Virus record (IMG/VR): IMGVR_UViG_3300042914_003763
Span: 1-64,000 of that record
Length of the DNA: 64,000 bases
Strand: one strand, 5' to 3'
DNA from: a virus
Each line of letters opens with the position of its first letter. The stretch's first letter is position 1. A program made the translations under genes and the position numbers. Positions 1 to 9,028 of this stretch are shown piece after piece. Below the pieces are notes generated by a model that worked only from the letters and a program-made list of their open reading frames with translations, searched no databases and was not told the origin of the DNA.

Positions 1-398
1 TAAAAGACGATCGTCGTCAAGTTGTAACTGTAGCCAAGTAGTAGCTACACATTACGTGACGTTACGATCTATTAGATACCTGATAAGCCAGTTCTCACTA
101 GCCTAACCTGTTACGGTACGGTATCTCTCTTTCTTTGTGATATCAATATATCCCGGATACCCGTACAGTAGTTAACCTAGATCCACCATGTTTGAAGGAT
201 ATGTAAACAGCTGTAACCCTTATGTAGCAAGGGTTTTGGGTATCGCTTATATACGAATAAGCGCGTAGTGGGAATGAGAGATTAACAAATACACTAAATC
301 ATATTCCCCTAACCAAATCAACACTTATCAAATATATCAATTACAATATCAACATAACTGTTACATCAACTTATCACCTAGAAACACCAATTATCTTC

Positions 399-1103
399 AT
401 GGCATTCAATGAACAATATGAGTGGTTAAAGATAGAAAAAGAATATATCCAAGGAATTAAAACTCGTAACATTGAGACAGGTGAAATAACAATAACTTAC
501 CCGACACACCAAGATATATGTGACAAATACGGTATGCACCTAAAAACATTGCAGATACGTTCATCAAAAGAAAGATGGGGTATGCGCCGCAAACAGTATC
601 AAGCTAAACTCAAATACAAAAACAGCGATGTCAACTTTGAAGACATACTTGGTGAATCAGCTAAATTCGATGCTCTGATATTACAAGTAAACGAGAATGT
701 AGCATCACTTCTATTAGATAAACTTAAACCTTACCTCGAAATAATGAAAGCTAACGATGAAAATAATACTGAGTTAGCAGATAAATATTATGATGAAGAT
801 GGTAACTGTTCACTACCACCGTTAACAGTACGTGAACTTAAAGATATAGCGTTAACAGGTAAAGAGATAATTAATACAGTAAGAAATATACTTGGTGAAG
901 GTAACAACGTCAACTTACTAGATAACATCCGTGATCAAATACAACTTGATTACGATAACAAACGTAGACAACGTATCTTACCTAAATCACATATCAGACA
1001 ACAACTTAAACAAATGGATGAGATAGAAAAACAAGCTAGTGAACTTCAATTGAGAAAAGAAGAACTAAAAAAAATGTTAGATGAACGCAATAATAAACAA
1101 TAG
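399..1103 (+). CDS. Probable terminase small subunit
   Basis: N-terminal HTH-like segment (YPTHQDICDKYG...RSSKERWGMRR), helical C-terminus, upstream of TerL. Confidence 0.6.
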   Translation: MAFNEQYEWLKIEKEYIQGIKTRNIETGEITITYPTHQDICDKYGMHLKTLQIRSSKERWGMRRKQYQAKLKYKNSDVNFEDILGESAKFDALILQVNENVASLLLDKLKPYLEIMKANDENNTELADKYYDEDGNCSLPPLTVRELKDIALTGKEIINTVRNILGEGNNVNLLDNIRDQIQLDYDNKRRQRILPKSHIRQQLKQMDEIEKQASELQLRKEELKKMLDERNNKQ

Positions 1104-1202
1104 AATGAGAATAACAACGAATAAAACAAAGGCGCGACTTAACGTAATATCAAAGTGTATAAAATAACTCAGTAGTTAACATCGCGCCATCTCATTCATT
1201 AG

Positions 1203-1427
1203 CTAATTAATAAATTCAGCTTTGTAAATAACATAGCCTTCTATATCAGTTACTTCAACCATTTCACCTATTTGCGGTGGAGATGATAACAACCACGATC
1301 TAACTGAAATATACTTATCGTTAGGTAATTGAATTACAAACTTAGGTGGATGTTGTTTGTAGAATACTTCAATTGGTGTAGGAAACTCAACTTTGTATTC
1401 CTCATTATCGTAAATAAAGCTAACCAT
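1203..1427 (-). CDS. Hypothetical protein
   Basis: ORF with natural composition; hairpin GGCGCGA...TCGCGCC (1131-1188) between it and the convergent TerS gene. Confidence 0.55.
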   Translation of the reverse strand: MVSFIYDNEEYKVEFPTPIEVFYKQHPPKFVIQLPNDKYISVRSWLLSSPPQIGEMVEVTDIEGYVIYKAEFIN

Positions 1428-1802
1428 TTTTTCTACCCTTTCTTAATCGCAGCTAATATAATTCTATCATGTTTGATGAAGTTAAGAAATGTTGTGGGAC
1501 GTGGAATGTCCTGGTGTAACATAGGCTAGTGTTTGTATGGTATGTCTTATTATTATTATTGTTATTAATAATAACTTATACCAAACTAATTGTTATTTAA
1601 TACTCGTTATTAGGATTGACTAATAGGAGTTAGTGAGTTGTATCACCATCATGCCCGAAGTTAGTTGAAGTTTCTTGTTGTGTTATTACTATTATAACTA
1701 ACTAATCTAAATATGGTGATGAGATAGAAAAATAAATAAGGGTCGAAGTAAATATATAAGCGCATTATAGTAGTGACAAGTCTAAGCAGTTCTAGAGTAA
1801 GA

Positions 1803-1828
1803 TAAGCGGCATTATAGGTTGCCGCTTA
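1803..1828. terminator. Hairpin terminator
   Basis: TAAGCGGCA-ttataggt-TGCCGCTTA just downstream of minus-strand ORF 1839..2504. Confidence 0.6.
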
Positions 1829-1838
1829 ATGTAATTAA

Positions 1839-2504
1839 CTACATTATCAACTTACGTTTAACTAATCTACTACTCTTAGGTTTAACATCGCCTATTTTAG
1901 ATATTGCATCTAGTTCTAAATCTTTAAGTCTACTAATACCGACTACTCCAATCCCACCCATTAACTTACCTTTAGTTGTATTATCGTCCCAATAATCTGA
2001 CTTACTATCAATATCAGAATAACATTTTGCTCCATCAATAAAACCACGTTCATATTTTTCTTGTAACATTAAGCTAAATAAACATTCAATTTCATTATCA
2101 CAATCTAATTCTTGTTGTTGTAACTTATTTAAGTCGTTATCACCATTAACTAATGTCTCTAATTGAGTTAGGCGGCGATCTAGTTGTTTAATTAAACTAC
2201 CTTCATTACCTAAATTAAAGTATGGTTCTAGTTGTTCAACAAATTCATTAATATCATAAGTACCATAATGGTCTATTTGTACATCATTACGGTAGATAGT
2301 GAAGTTGCAACTTGTTCCTTTATACTTAGATGAATAAGTAACTACAACGCTAATAGCAACAGGATTAGTTTTAGTTGGTTTAGTTTCATAACTAGCAACA
2401 ATACTATCACTAGTTTCATTAAACTCTGTAAATGGTAAGTGAGCTACTGCTGCTTTAAATTGCGCCAACTTGGAATTACTACGACTAACTTTGTTACGAA
2501 TCAT
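1839..2504 (-). CDS. Hypothetical protein
   Basis: 221 aa ORF in a minus-strand run. Confidence 0.65.
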   Translation of the reverse strand: MIRNKVSRSNSKLAQFKAAVAHLPFTEFNETSDSIVASYETKPTKTNPVAISVVVTYSSKYKGTSCNFTIYRNDVQIDHYGTYDINEFVEQLEPYFNLGNEGSLIKQLDRRLTQLETLVNGDNDLNKLQQQELDCDNEIECLFSLMLQEKYERGFIDGAKCYSDIDSKSDYWDDNTTKGKLMGGIGVVGISRLKDLELDAISKIGDVKPKSSRLVKRKLIM

Positions 2505-2521
2505 TTTTCTACCTTATTGAA

Positions 2522-2830
2522 TTAGTTATTAAAAACATCGTTTCCTACATCAACTTTAACATTTTTACCTAACAGATCATAATCATTTAAGATTTCTTTT
2601 ACTAATGCAACAATTTCGTCTTTGTTATCACCATTATAGATAGTAGTAACACCACTCATCTTACATATAACAGTAACTTCAAACGTATTATCATTAGTAT
2701 CACTAACTTCAAGTTGTCTTAGTAGTGTTAGTAGTTGTTCCTTAATACTATTAAGATCGTAATCAAATAAGGTACAACTCTTGTTACCTAACCACAAGTT
2801 AATAGATACAGGGTATTTGAATACTTGCAT
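2522..2830 (-). CDS. Hypothetical protein
   Basis: 102 aa ORF coupled to the ClpP-like gene (TAATG overlap). Confidence 0.6.
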   Translation of the reverse strand: MQVFKYPVSINLWLGNKSCTLFDYDLNSIKEQLLTLLRQLEVSDTNDNTFEVTVICKMSGVTTIYNGDNKDEIVALVKEILNDYDLLGKNVKVDVGNDVFNN

Positions 2831-3369
2831 TATAATACCTCATTAACTAGTTGTAAGTCTAATGCTTGTTTCGCGCCGAAGAATATTTCTTCTTGCATCA
2901 TATCTTTAGTTATCTTAGTATGCTTACTGTAGATATCAACAAACTGTTGAAACAACATCTCACTGAATGTGCTGCTAACCCAAGTAGATGCTGATTGTAT
3001 TATGAAGTTAGTATTACTGGTACACTTTCTCTTGTCAGTACCAAGCAGTGGAATAATAGCAGTACTAGAAATAACTCCTGATGCAATAACAGTTATATCT
3101 AAACTACTATTTCTTAACACATCATACATCAACAAACCAGAAGTACAATGACCACCATTACTAGTTAAATACAACTTACAAGTCTTATCAACATAATCAC
3201 GTTTACTTTTTTCTATCTCATGTAATAAGTACATGAATCTGTAAGCACTTTTGTCATCAATGTCACCCGTGAAATACAAGTTACCATCTTGTATTTCTAC
3301 TATCGCAGTAGACGGTTCAAAGAAGTTGTTGTTAGTATCTGTTTGTGTTGTTGTCATATCGTAATTCAT
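2830..3369 (-). CDS. ClpP-like protein, probably catalytically degenerate
   Basis: LYFTGDID, LYLTSNGG, GLLMYD, GVISSTA, FFGAKQALDLQLVNEV match the ClpP fold; catalytic His position reads IIQS. Confidence 0.8.
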   Translation of the reverse strand: MNYDMTTTQTDTNNNFFEPSTAIVEIQDGNLYFTGDIDDKSAYRFMYLLHEIEKSKRDYVDKTCKLYLTSNGGHCTSGLLMYDVLRNSSLDITVIASGVISSTAIIPLLGTDKRKCTSNTNFIIQSASTWVSSTFSEMLFQQFVDIYSKHTKITKDMMQEEIFFGAKQALDLQLVNEVL

Positions 3370-3400
3370 TATCTAAGTTACTATGTAGCTATGCTATCAC

Positions 3401-5077
3401 ATGATCTACATGAGTAACAATCCACAAAGAGATGCAATAAGGAGAGAATTATTAGAGATAGAAAAAAAGTTAAACGATCTACAACTAAAACAACAAGATT
3501 ATGACTTACCCAAACTTGAATCACTTATTGAAGAACAAAGTTATATTGAAGCTTATGAAAGTAGTTATCAATTCCTACAACATAGCTGGTCTACATTTGA
3601 ACCATCAGATTTTCTACCTGCTAAACATCTTCATGCTATAAGTGAACATCTTGATGCTTGTTTAGCTGGTCAAATTAAAAAACTTATCATTAACTTACCA
3701 CCACGATTCAGTAAATCATCTTTAGTTAGTAAAGCATTTCCACCATACTGTTGGATTAAAGATCCTGGTAAACGTATTATCAACATAAGTTACTCCAAAA
3801 GATTAGCAGTAGGTGATTCACTTGTAAGCCGCAATATTATTGAAAGTGATTGGTATCAAAAAGGATTAAACACCGTATGGAAAGATATTAATAAATGGAA
3901 GTCAATATGGGAATTAAGTAAGGATCAGAACACTAAAGAAGATTACCGTAACACTTGGGATGGTAGACGTTTTGCTACTTCAACAGGTGGTACGTTAACG
4001 GGTGTAGGTGGTGACATCATATTAGTGGATGATCCACTTAATCCTGAAATGGCACACAGTAAGATTGAGCGTGATAATTGCAACGAATGGGCATCACAAA
4101 CATTACCATCACGACTTGATGATAAACAAAATGGTGTGATCATACTGATTCAACAAAGATTGCATGATCTTGATTTAACAGGTTATTTCCTTGAACAAGG
4201 AATATGGGAACATCTTTTTCTACCTAATGAATGGGAAGAATCACGGCGTTTTTGGACTAGTATTGGTTGGACTGATTGGCGTGTTAAGGAAAACGAATTA
4301 CTTGATCCAGTACGACACTCACAAGAAGTAACTGAACAACTTAAAGTTCAAATGGGAGAATATGGTTATGCGGGTCAGTATCAACAGAATCCTGTACCTC
4401 TAGGTGGTGGACTAATTAAACAAGAGTGGTGGAAGTATTGGTTTGTGTTACCTAACTACTTCGATAGTGCTTGTATTGCTATGGACTTATCTATTAAAGA
4501 TGGTAAGGATAATGATAATACAGCATTAGTTGCAATAGGAAAACGTGATAACAAGTTCTACATAATAGATGTTGTTTATGGAAAGATGGACATCGTTAAG
4601 CAAGTAGAAACTATAACTAACTTCTGTGATAAACATAACTGGATAAGAGCTAAGTTAATAGAAGACGCTGCTAATGGTAGTCCTGTATCTCGTATGTTAG
4701 ATAACAGAATAACAGGTCTTATTAAAGTAGCAAGTAAAGGTGTACCTAAAGATGTTCGTATTATGGCAATGATACCTGAGATTAATGCAGGTAATGTACT
4801 AATACCAGATCCTAAAATTCATAATTGGATAACACCATTATTAACAGAAGCTAATATGTTTCCTAAAGGTAAACATGACGATCTGTTAGATAGTATTCAG
4901 TATGGTTTAGACTACTTATTAGAACATAATACTTATTGTCGTATGCCAGTTGATATAATAACTGAAAGTGCTAATACAGTAAGTAGAAATCAAATAAGAG
5001 AACTTGTTGCATTAACAGATAGATTTAATAACCCTGTTAATGCAACAAGAGAATATATGAGAGGATTGTTTAATTAA
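3401..5077 (+). CDS. terL: Terminase large subunit
   Basis: Walker A INLPPRFSKS, GGTLTGVGGDIILVDDP, IQQRLHDLDL, GQYQQNP, IEDAANG, FPKGKHDDLLD. Confidence 0.95.
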   Translation: MIYMSNNPQRDAIRRELLEIEKKLNDLQLKQQDYDLPKLESLIEEQSYIEAYESSYQFLQHSWSTFEPSDFLPAKHLHAISEHLDACLAGQIKKLIINLPPRFSKSSLVSKAFPPYCWIKDPGKRIINISYSKRLAVGDSLVSRNIIESDWYQKGLNTVWKDINKWKSIWELSKDQNTKEDYRNTWDGRRFATSTGGTLTGVGGDIILVDDPLNPEMAHSKIERDNCNEWASQTLPSRLDDKQNGVIILIQQRLHDLDLTGYFLEQGIWEHLFLPNEWEESRRFWTSIGWTDWRVKENELLDPVRHSQEVTEQLKVQMGEYGYAGQYQQNPVPLGGGLIKQEWWKYWFVLPNYFDSACIAMDLSIKDGKDNDNTALVAIGKRDNKFYIIDVVYGKMDIVKQVETITNFCDKHNWIRAKLIEDAANGSPVSRMLDNRITGLIKVASKGVPKDVRIMAMIPEINAGNVLIPDPKIHNWITPLLTEANMFPKGKHDDLLDSIQYGLDYLLEHNTYCRMPVDIITESANTVSRNQIRELVALTDRFNNPVNATREYMRGLFN

Positions 5078-5089
5078 CTAATATAACTT

Positions 5090-5407
5090 ATGTTTTTTCT
5101 ATCTGATTTATCAACTTATGCTAGATCACTTGGAGCTAAAGATAAAAAGAAAAGAATACGTAAACGTGGAGTATTATTAATTAGTAATAAACTAATGCCT
5201 GGATATAAACCACATCAAACTACATATATTGGTAACAGTGAAAACAATAATAAGATATTACGAGTTCAATATCAACATAAAGATGGAGAAGAAAACAATT
5301 TAGCTTTCTTAGGTAAACCAAGATATCTTAATGTTAAAGAACGAGTACAGTTACTTAAACAAGGTTTTCTTAAAGGTGACTATAAACAAGATGGAACTAC
5401 ACATTAA
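5090..5407 (+). CDS. MFFLSD-leader family basic protein
   Basis: Starts MFFLSDLSTY-ARSLGAKDKKKR. Confidence 0.75.
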   Translation: MFFLSDLSTYARSLGAKDKKKRIRKRGVLLISNKLMPGYKPHQTTYIGNSENNNKILRVQYQHKDGEENNLAFLGKPRYLNVKERVQLLKQGFLKGDYKQDGTTH

Positions 5408-5443
5408 GTTATCATATTAATGTAACGTCATAACAACTTAACT

Positions 5444-5737
5444 ATGACTACCTTATTACAAGAACTAAAGTTAGCACATAAAGAACAAATCAAAGTTAGT
5501 TTGTTTATTGAAGGAACAGCTTATCCTTATGATGATGTAATTATCAAAAGTATTAATCGTAGTACGATAACATTTGTTGCACCTTATGTTGATAATAAAG
5601 ATAAGACAACTAAATTAGAACAAACCACAGTTAAGAAAGAATTAGTTAATGGCGTTAGCTATGTTATTGCGACAGTAGATAACGATGATAAGTTAGATGA
5701 TGAAGATGGTTGGATTGTGTTGTTTGAAGATATGTAA
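5444..5737 (+). CDS. Hypothetical protein
   Basis: 97 aa ORF followed by hairpin AATGCGTCGT...ACGGCGCATT (about 5760-5788). Confidence 0.6.
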   Translation: MTTLLQELKLAHKEQIKVSLFIEGTAYPYDDVIIKSINRSTITFVAPYVDNKDKTTKLEQTTVKKELVNGVSYVIATVDNDDKLDDEDGWIVLFEDM

Positions 5738-5848
5738 CTAACGTTAGATAGAAAAAAGAAATGCGTCGTTGAACAAATACGGCGCATTACCAATTTTCTA
5801 TTTAGTTAAATAATAAAACACCCCGTTACAGAGGCGTTATTTTCATTA

Positions 5849-6184
5849 TTATGCTGCTACTTCATTTTCAACTTGATTGCTATAACGCAATTTAGATTGA
5901 TAAGCTTTAGCTGCACGGAACTTAGGTGATCTATGTGCAGGTACAGTTACACTACCTTCAGGACGTAGCTTGGTTAGTTCATTAACAATTACACGTTCCT
6001 TAGCATCAATAGCTAAGAACTTACCAAAGTCTTTAATAGTAACAGATTCACCTGCTGCTACAGTTTCAGCAATAATGTTGAAAACTGATGCAATAGCATA
6101 TTCCAACTTGTAAACTGGTAAAACCTTACCGTACTTAACCTCAAGATTCTTGTTAACTAAGGTAGCTAGTTGTTTAACGTTCAT
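5849..6184 (-). CDS. HU/IHF family DNA-binding protein
   Basis: GESVTIKDFGKF, AKER..N, VPAHRSPKFRAAK. Confidence 0.9.
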   Translation of the reverse strand: MNVKQLATLVNKNLEVKYGKVLPVYKLEYAIASVFNIIAETVAAGESVTIKDFGKFLAIDAKERVIVNELTKLRPEGSVTVPAHRSPKFRAAKAYQSKLRYSNQVENEVAA

Positions 6185-6421
6185 GATTCAATTTCCTTAT
6201 AGTGTTTGATTATTGTTTCACTATAAGCTAGTATAGTATAGTTATTAGATTAATGACAACTAAATTAAGATGAAATACAAAAAGAAATTACCAGATCATC
6301 TTAGACCTAGTAAGAGCAAGAAGCATAAGTCTGTTAAGTCAGGTAGAAAAAAATAAAGTTAAGTGATTACATCAAATTGAAGTTAGGTTTGTCATAGTGT
6401 TTATATCATTAGGTAACTAAG

Positions 6422-7366
6422 ATGGGTCACATTAAACTGTTTGAATACAACGCTAATCACATTGAATATGTACCAGGTCATGAGTTCTTTAATGGTACTC
6501 AGATGGCTAAATCTTGTGGGAAGGAAATTAAACATTGGTTAGAAAACTTACAAGCTGCCGAACTATCTTACGTATTAGCTAGAAAAAATGGAGAGGTCGT
6601 GATTCCGACTTCGCTTGAATGGCAAGGGTTTTCGACCACTCAGAAAATACGAGTAGCTAAACAAAATAAATACTGGAAGTATATTCGGATACATAAAGGG
6701 GGTGACACTCCATATCAAGGTACGTACCTTCATAAGCACATTGCAATTGCTTTTGCTCAATGGTGTAGTGCCGAATTTGCACTTCAAGTATCAGAATGGG
6801 TAGAACAATTAGCTACTCACGGTAAAGTAATTCTCAACCCAACCGAAGCTGCTGACTTTGAGAAGTTCAAACAACAACAACGTAGTAAACTTCAACTACC
6901 ATGTGAACCAGTAGATGAAATTGACTTACAGTTTCGTATATTAGATTGGGTTAACTTATGTGTCAATAACGCACGTTTCAATATCGAAGTTCCTATGTTG
7001 AATAGCAAAAACAAAGTGCGCCGTATTGACTTCATTAAGAACAACGGACGTAATGTAATAGCTTACGAACTGAAACTCAATAAGATAACACTTAATGATG
7101 TAACTGAAGCAATAGCTAATCGTGAATACTTTGAGTTGTTAAGCAATTACTTTAATCGTCCCATTACTTTTATTTTTCTATCTCCATTAGGTATCGCTGA
7201 TAATGCAACTACATTGTTACGAACTATGCCTAATATCAAGTTCCAAACTGTACATGAGTTATGTTATCAGTATTATCTTAAAGGTATTAACAACAAGTGG
7301 AAGAATAATGTTGTTAACTTAACTAACAATATGAACACTAATAGGTTTAGTTGCTTATTCAATTAG
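6422..7366 (+). CDS. KilA-N domain protein with C-terminal PD-(D/E)xK-like segment
   Basis: FNGTQMAK..GK...HWL and QGTYLH..IAIAFAQWCSAEFALQV (KilA-N); RRIDF...AYELK. Confidence 0.8.
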   Translation: MGHIKLFEYNANHIEYVPGHEFFNGTQMAKSCGKEIKHWLENLQAAELSYVLARKNGEVVIPTSLEWQGFSTTQKIRVAKQNKYWKYIRIHKGGDTPYQGTYLHKHIAIAFAQWCSAEFALQVSEWVEQLATHGKVILNPTEAADFEKFKQQQRSKLQLPCEPVDEIDLQFRILDWVNLCVNNARFNIEVPMLNSKNKVRRIDFIKNNGRNVIAYELKLNKITLNDVTEAIANREYFELLSNYFNRPITFIFLSPLGIADNATTLLRTMPNIKFQTVHELCYQYYLKGINNKWKNNVVNLTNNMNTNRFSCLFN

Positions 7367-7405
7367 TGGGGCATTAAAAGTCACCCCCTTTTTTCTATCT
7401 CTACA

Positions 7406-8656
7406 TTAAGTTATTAACTTCTTCAATCTTTGTACTTCATTACGAAGATATTGATTCTCTATTCTTAACCTATCTAACTCACTTATTTCATTCTTAACAT
7501 CTAACATCTTATCGAATGCTTTGTTATGTGTTGTATGATCCATCCACTTCTGATAAGTCTTAGTATGTTCTTCAACACTATGTCCCATCCACTTAGCTGC
7601 TATATCAACAGCTATTCCTAATTCACTAGCTCTAATAGCATAACGATGTCGTAAGTTATAAGCAGGTTGATTGAAACCATATCTTTGAAATGCTTGATTA
7701 AGTATGCTAATAATGTTTTCAAGTTTAGTTGATGCAGTAACAAATTGCATTACATCTAACAACTCAAACTTATCTACCCATTCTGGATGAATAGGATAAA
7801 CAATACGTTCACCTGTTTTAGTATCATCAGAAATATGTAATACATTACGGTGATTACTTTCAGAAGTAAACTTACTGTAACAATCTTCTGTTAGTAAGAA
7901 TAACTCACTAGGACGTAAACCATAAGTAGCTATCATTCCGAATGTCCATGCTACTTGTCTAGGCATACCATTGAAAGTAGCTTCAATATAACCATCAGTA
8001 GGTAATGTGCGTTTCTTAGGTTGATATTTACATCTGAATTGTTTCCAATCAATATCATCTTTGATTCCAACATGATCAGCTAAACATTTAATAACACGAA
8101 TTAGATCAGCACGTGGTTTGCTGTTAGGTTGTGTTGAATCAATCCAGTTACTAATATTTGATTCAGTTAACAGTTGATCATCAGGTATCTTTAAGAATAT
8201 ATCGGTGTAACTTTTTTCCCAAGTTGATAATGTTTTACGAGACTTCTCTCTTGTTTTCCAATATGATTCGGTAAATGCCTCCTTCACTTCAAACATAGTT
8301 TGGGGTTTAAGTTGTTCAACTTTTTTCTTCTGATAATCAGGTAGTAATAACCACCATTCTTTACCACCATATTTCAAATAGGAATCTACTTCGCGGCATT
8401 TGTTTTCAGCATCAATTACCCCTTGAATAGTGGTTTCATTGAATGGTATCCAATATCTTTTTGTAGTGTTTGGGTCTTCAATTACAGGTAATGTGCCACG
8501 TAAGTACAGACGTTTATTTTTTCTATCTATCAATAACTTTGCTTTACCACTACTGTTGAGACGATTGTTGGCATCAGTAATAGCTGTATCAATTTGTACA
8601 AGAAAATTATCTTGCTTACTACGTGACTCTTCACCAACATACTTCCTGTTAACCAT
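7406..8656 (-). CDS. int: Tyrosine integrase of cyanobacterial XisA/XisC type
   Basis: LYLRGTLP, ATYGLRPSE, KTGER, YNLRHRYA, MGHS..EH..TY give the catalytic R-K-H-R-H-Y residues. Confidence 0.92.
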   Translation of the reverse strand: MVNRKYVGEESRSKQDNFLVQIDTAITDANNRLNSSGKAKLLIDRKNKRLYLRGTLPVIEDPNTTKRYWIPFNETTIQGVIDAENKCREVDSYLKYGGKEWWLLLPDYQKKKVEQLKPQTMFEVKEAFTESYWKTREKSRKTLSTWEKSYTDIFLKIPDDQLLTESNISNWIDSTQPNSKPRADLIRVIKCLADHVGIKDDIDWKQFRCKYQPKKRTLPTDGYIEATFNGMPRQVAWTFGMIATYGLRPSELFLLTEDCYSKFTSESNHRNVLHISDDTKTGERIVYPIHPEWVDKFELLDVMQFVTASTKLENIISILNQAFQRYGFNQPAYNLRHRYAIRASELGIAVDIAAKWMGHSVEEHTKTYQKWMDHTTHNKAFDKMLDVKNEISELDRLRIENQYLRNEVQRLKKLIT

Positions 8657-8802
8657 AAGTTTTCTACAATTTCTTCTACACAGTTGTCAAATGTTTACTT
8701 ATCAATCAAGTTATCTGCTAAATATCAAGTGATAAGTTGAAAATGTTTTCCGAGATAGAAAAACACTATTGCAACGATTGTAGAAGAAATGTTTATTTTA
8801 GT

Positions 8803-8864
8803 CAACAGATTGCTAATCTGTTAGAGGCGCAAGCTTCTCATGGGTTCAAATCCCATCCTCTCCG
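8803..8864 (+). other. attP-like core: 3' portion of tRNA-Ser(GCU)
   Basis: Anticodon arm ACAGA-TTGCTAA-TCTGT, long variable arm AGAGGC-GCAA-GCTTCT, T-arm ATGGG-TTCAAAT-CCCAT, 3' acceptor CCTCTCCG; no 5' acceptor or D-arm; about 150 bp from the integrase start. Confidence 0.8.
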
Positions 8865-8870
8865 TTGTTT

Positions 8871-8889
8871 GAGGTATTTAAAATACCTC
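8871..8889 (+). terminator. Hairpin after the tRNA fragment
   Basis: GAGGTATT-TAA-AATACCTC followed by a T-rich tract. Confidence 0.5.
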
Positions 8890-9028
8890 TTCTTTGGATT
8901 GCTTCTACATAACTTTCTACAACCAAAGGTATATGTTCCTATTCTGCAACAATTGGGACGTATACCTTTCTACATATTTTTCTACAGTGGTTACAATTAT
9001 AAGTATTAAGCCACCACGAAGTTCTTTC

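Noticed and set aside
1-280. GC-richer palindromic stretch (GACGATCGTC; AACCCTT-N7-AAGGGTT) as pac/cos/origin
   Set aside because: Plausible upstream of TerS, but truncated by the window edge and lacking any diagnostic feature
6270-6356. 28 aa basic mini-ORF MKYKKKLPDH...
   Set aside because: Too short and A-rich to distinguish from chance
8803-8864. Complete tRNA-Ser gene
   Set aside because: The 5' acceptor strand (GGAGAGG) and D-arm are missing
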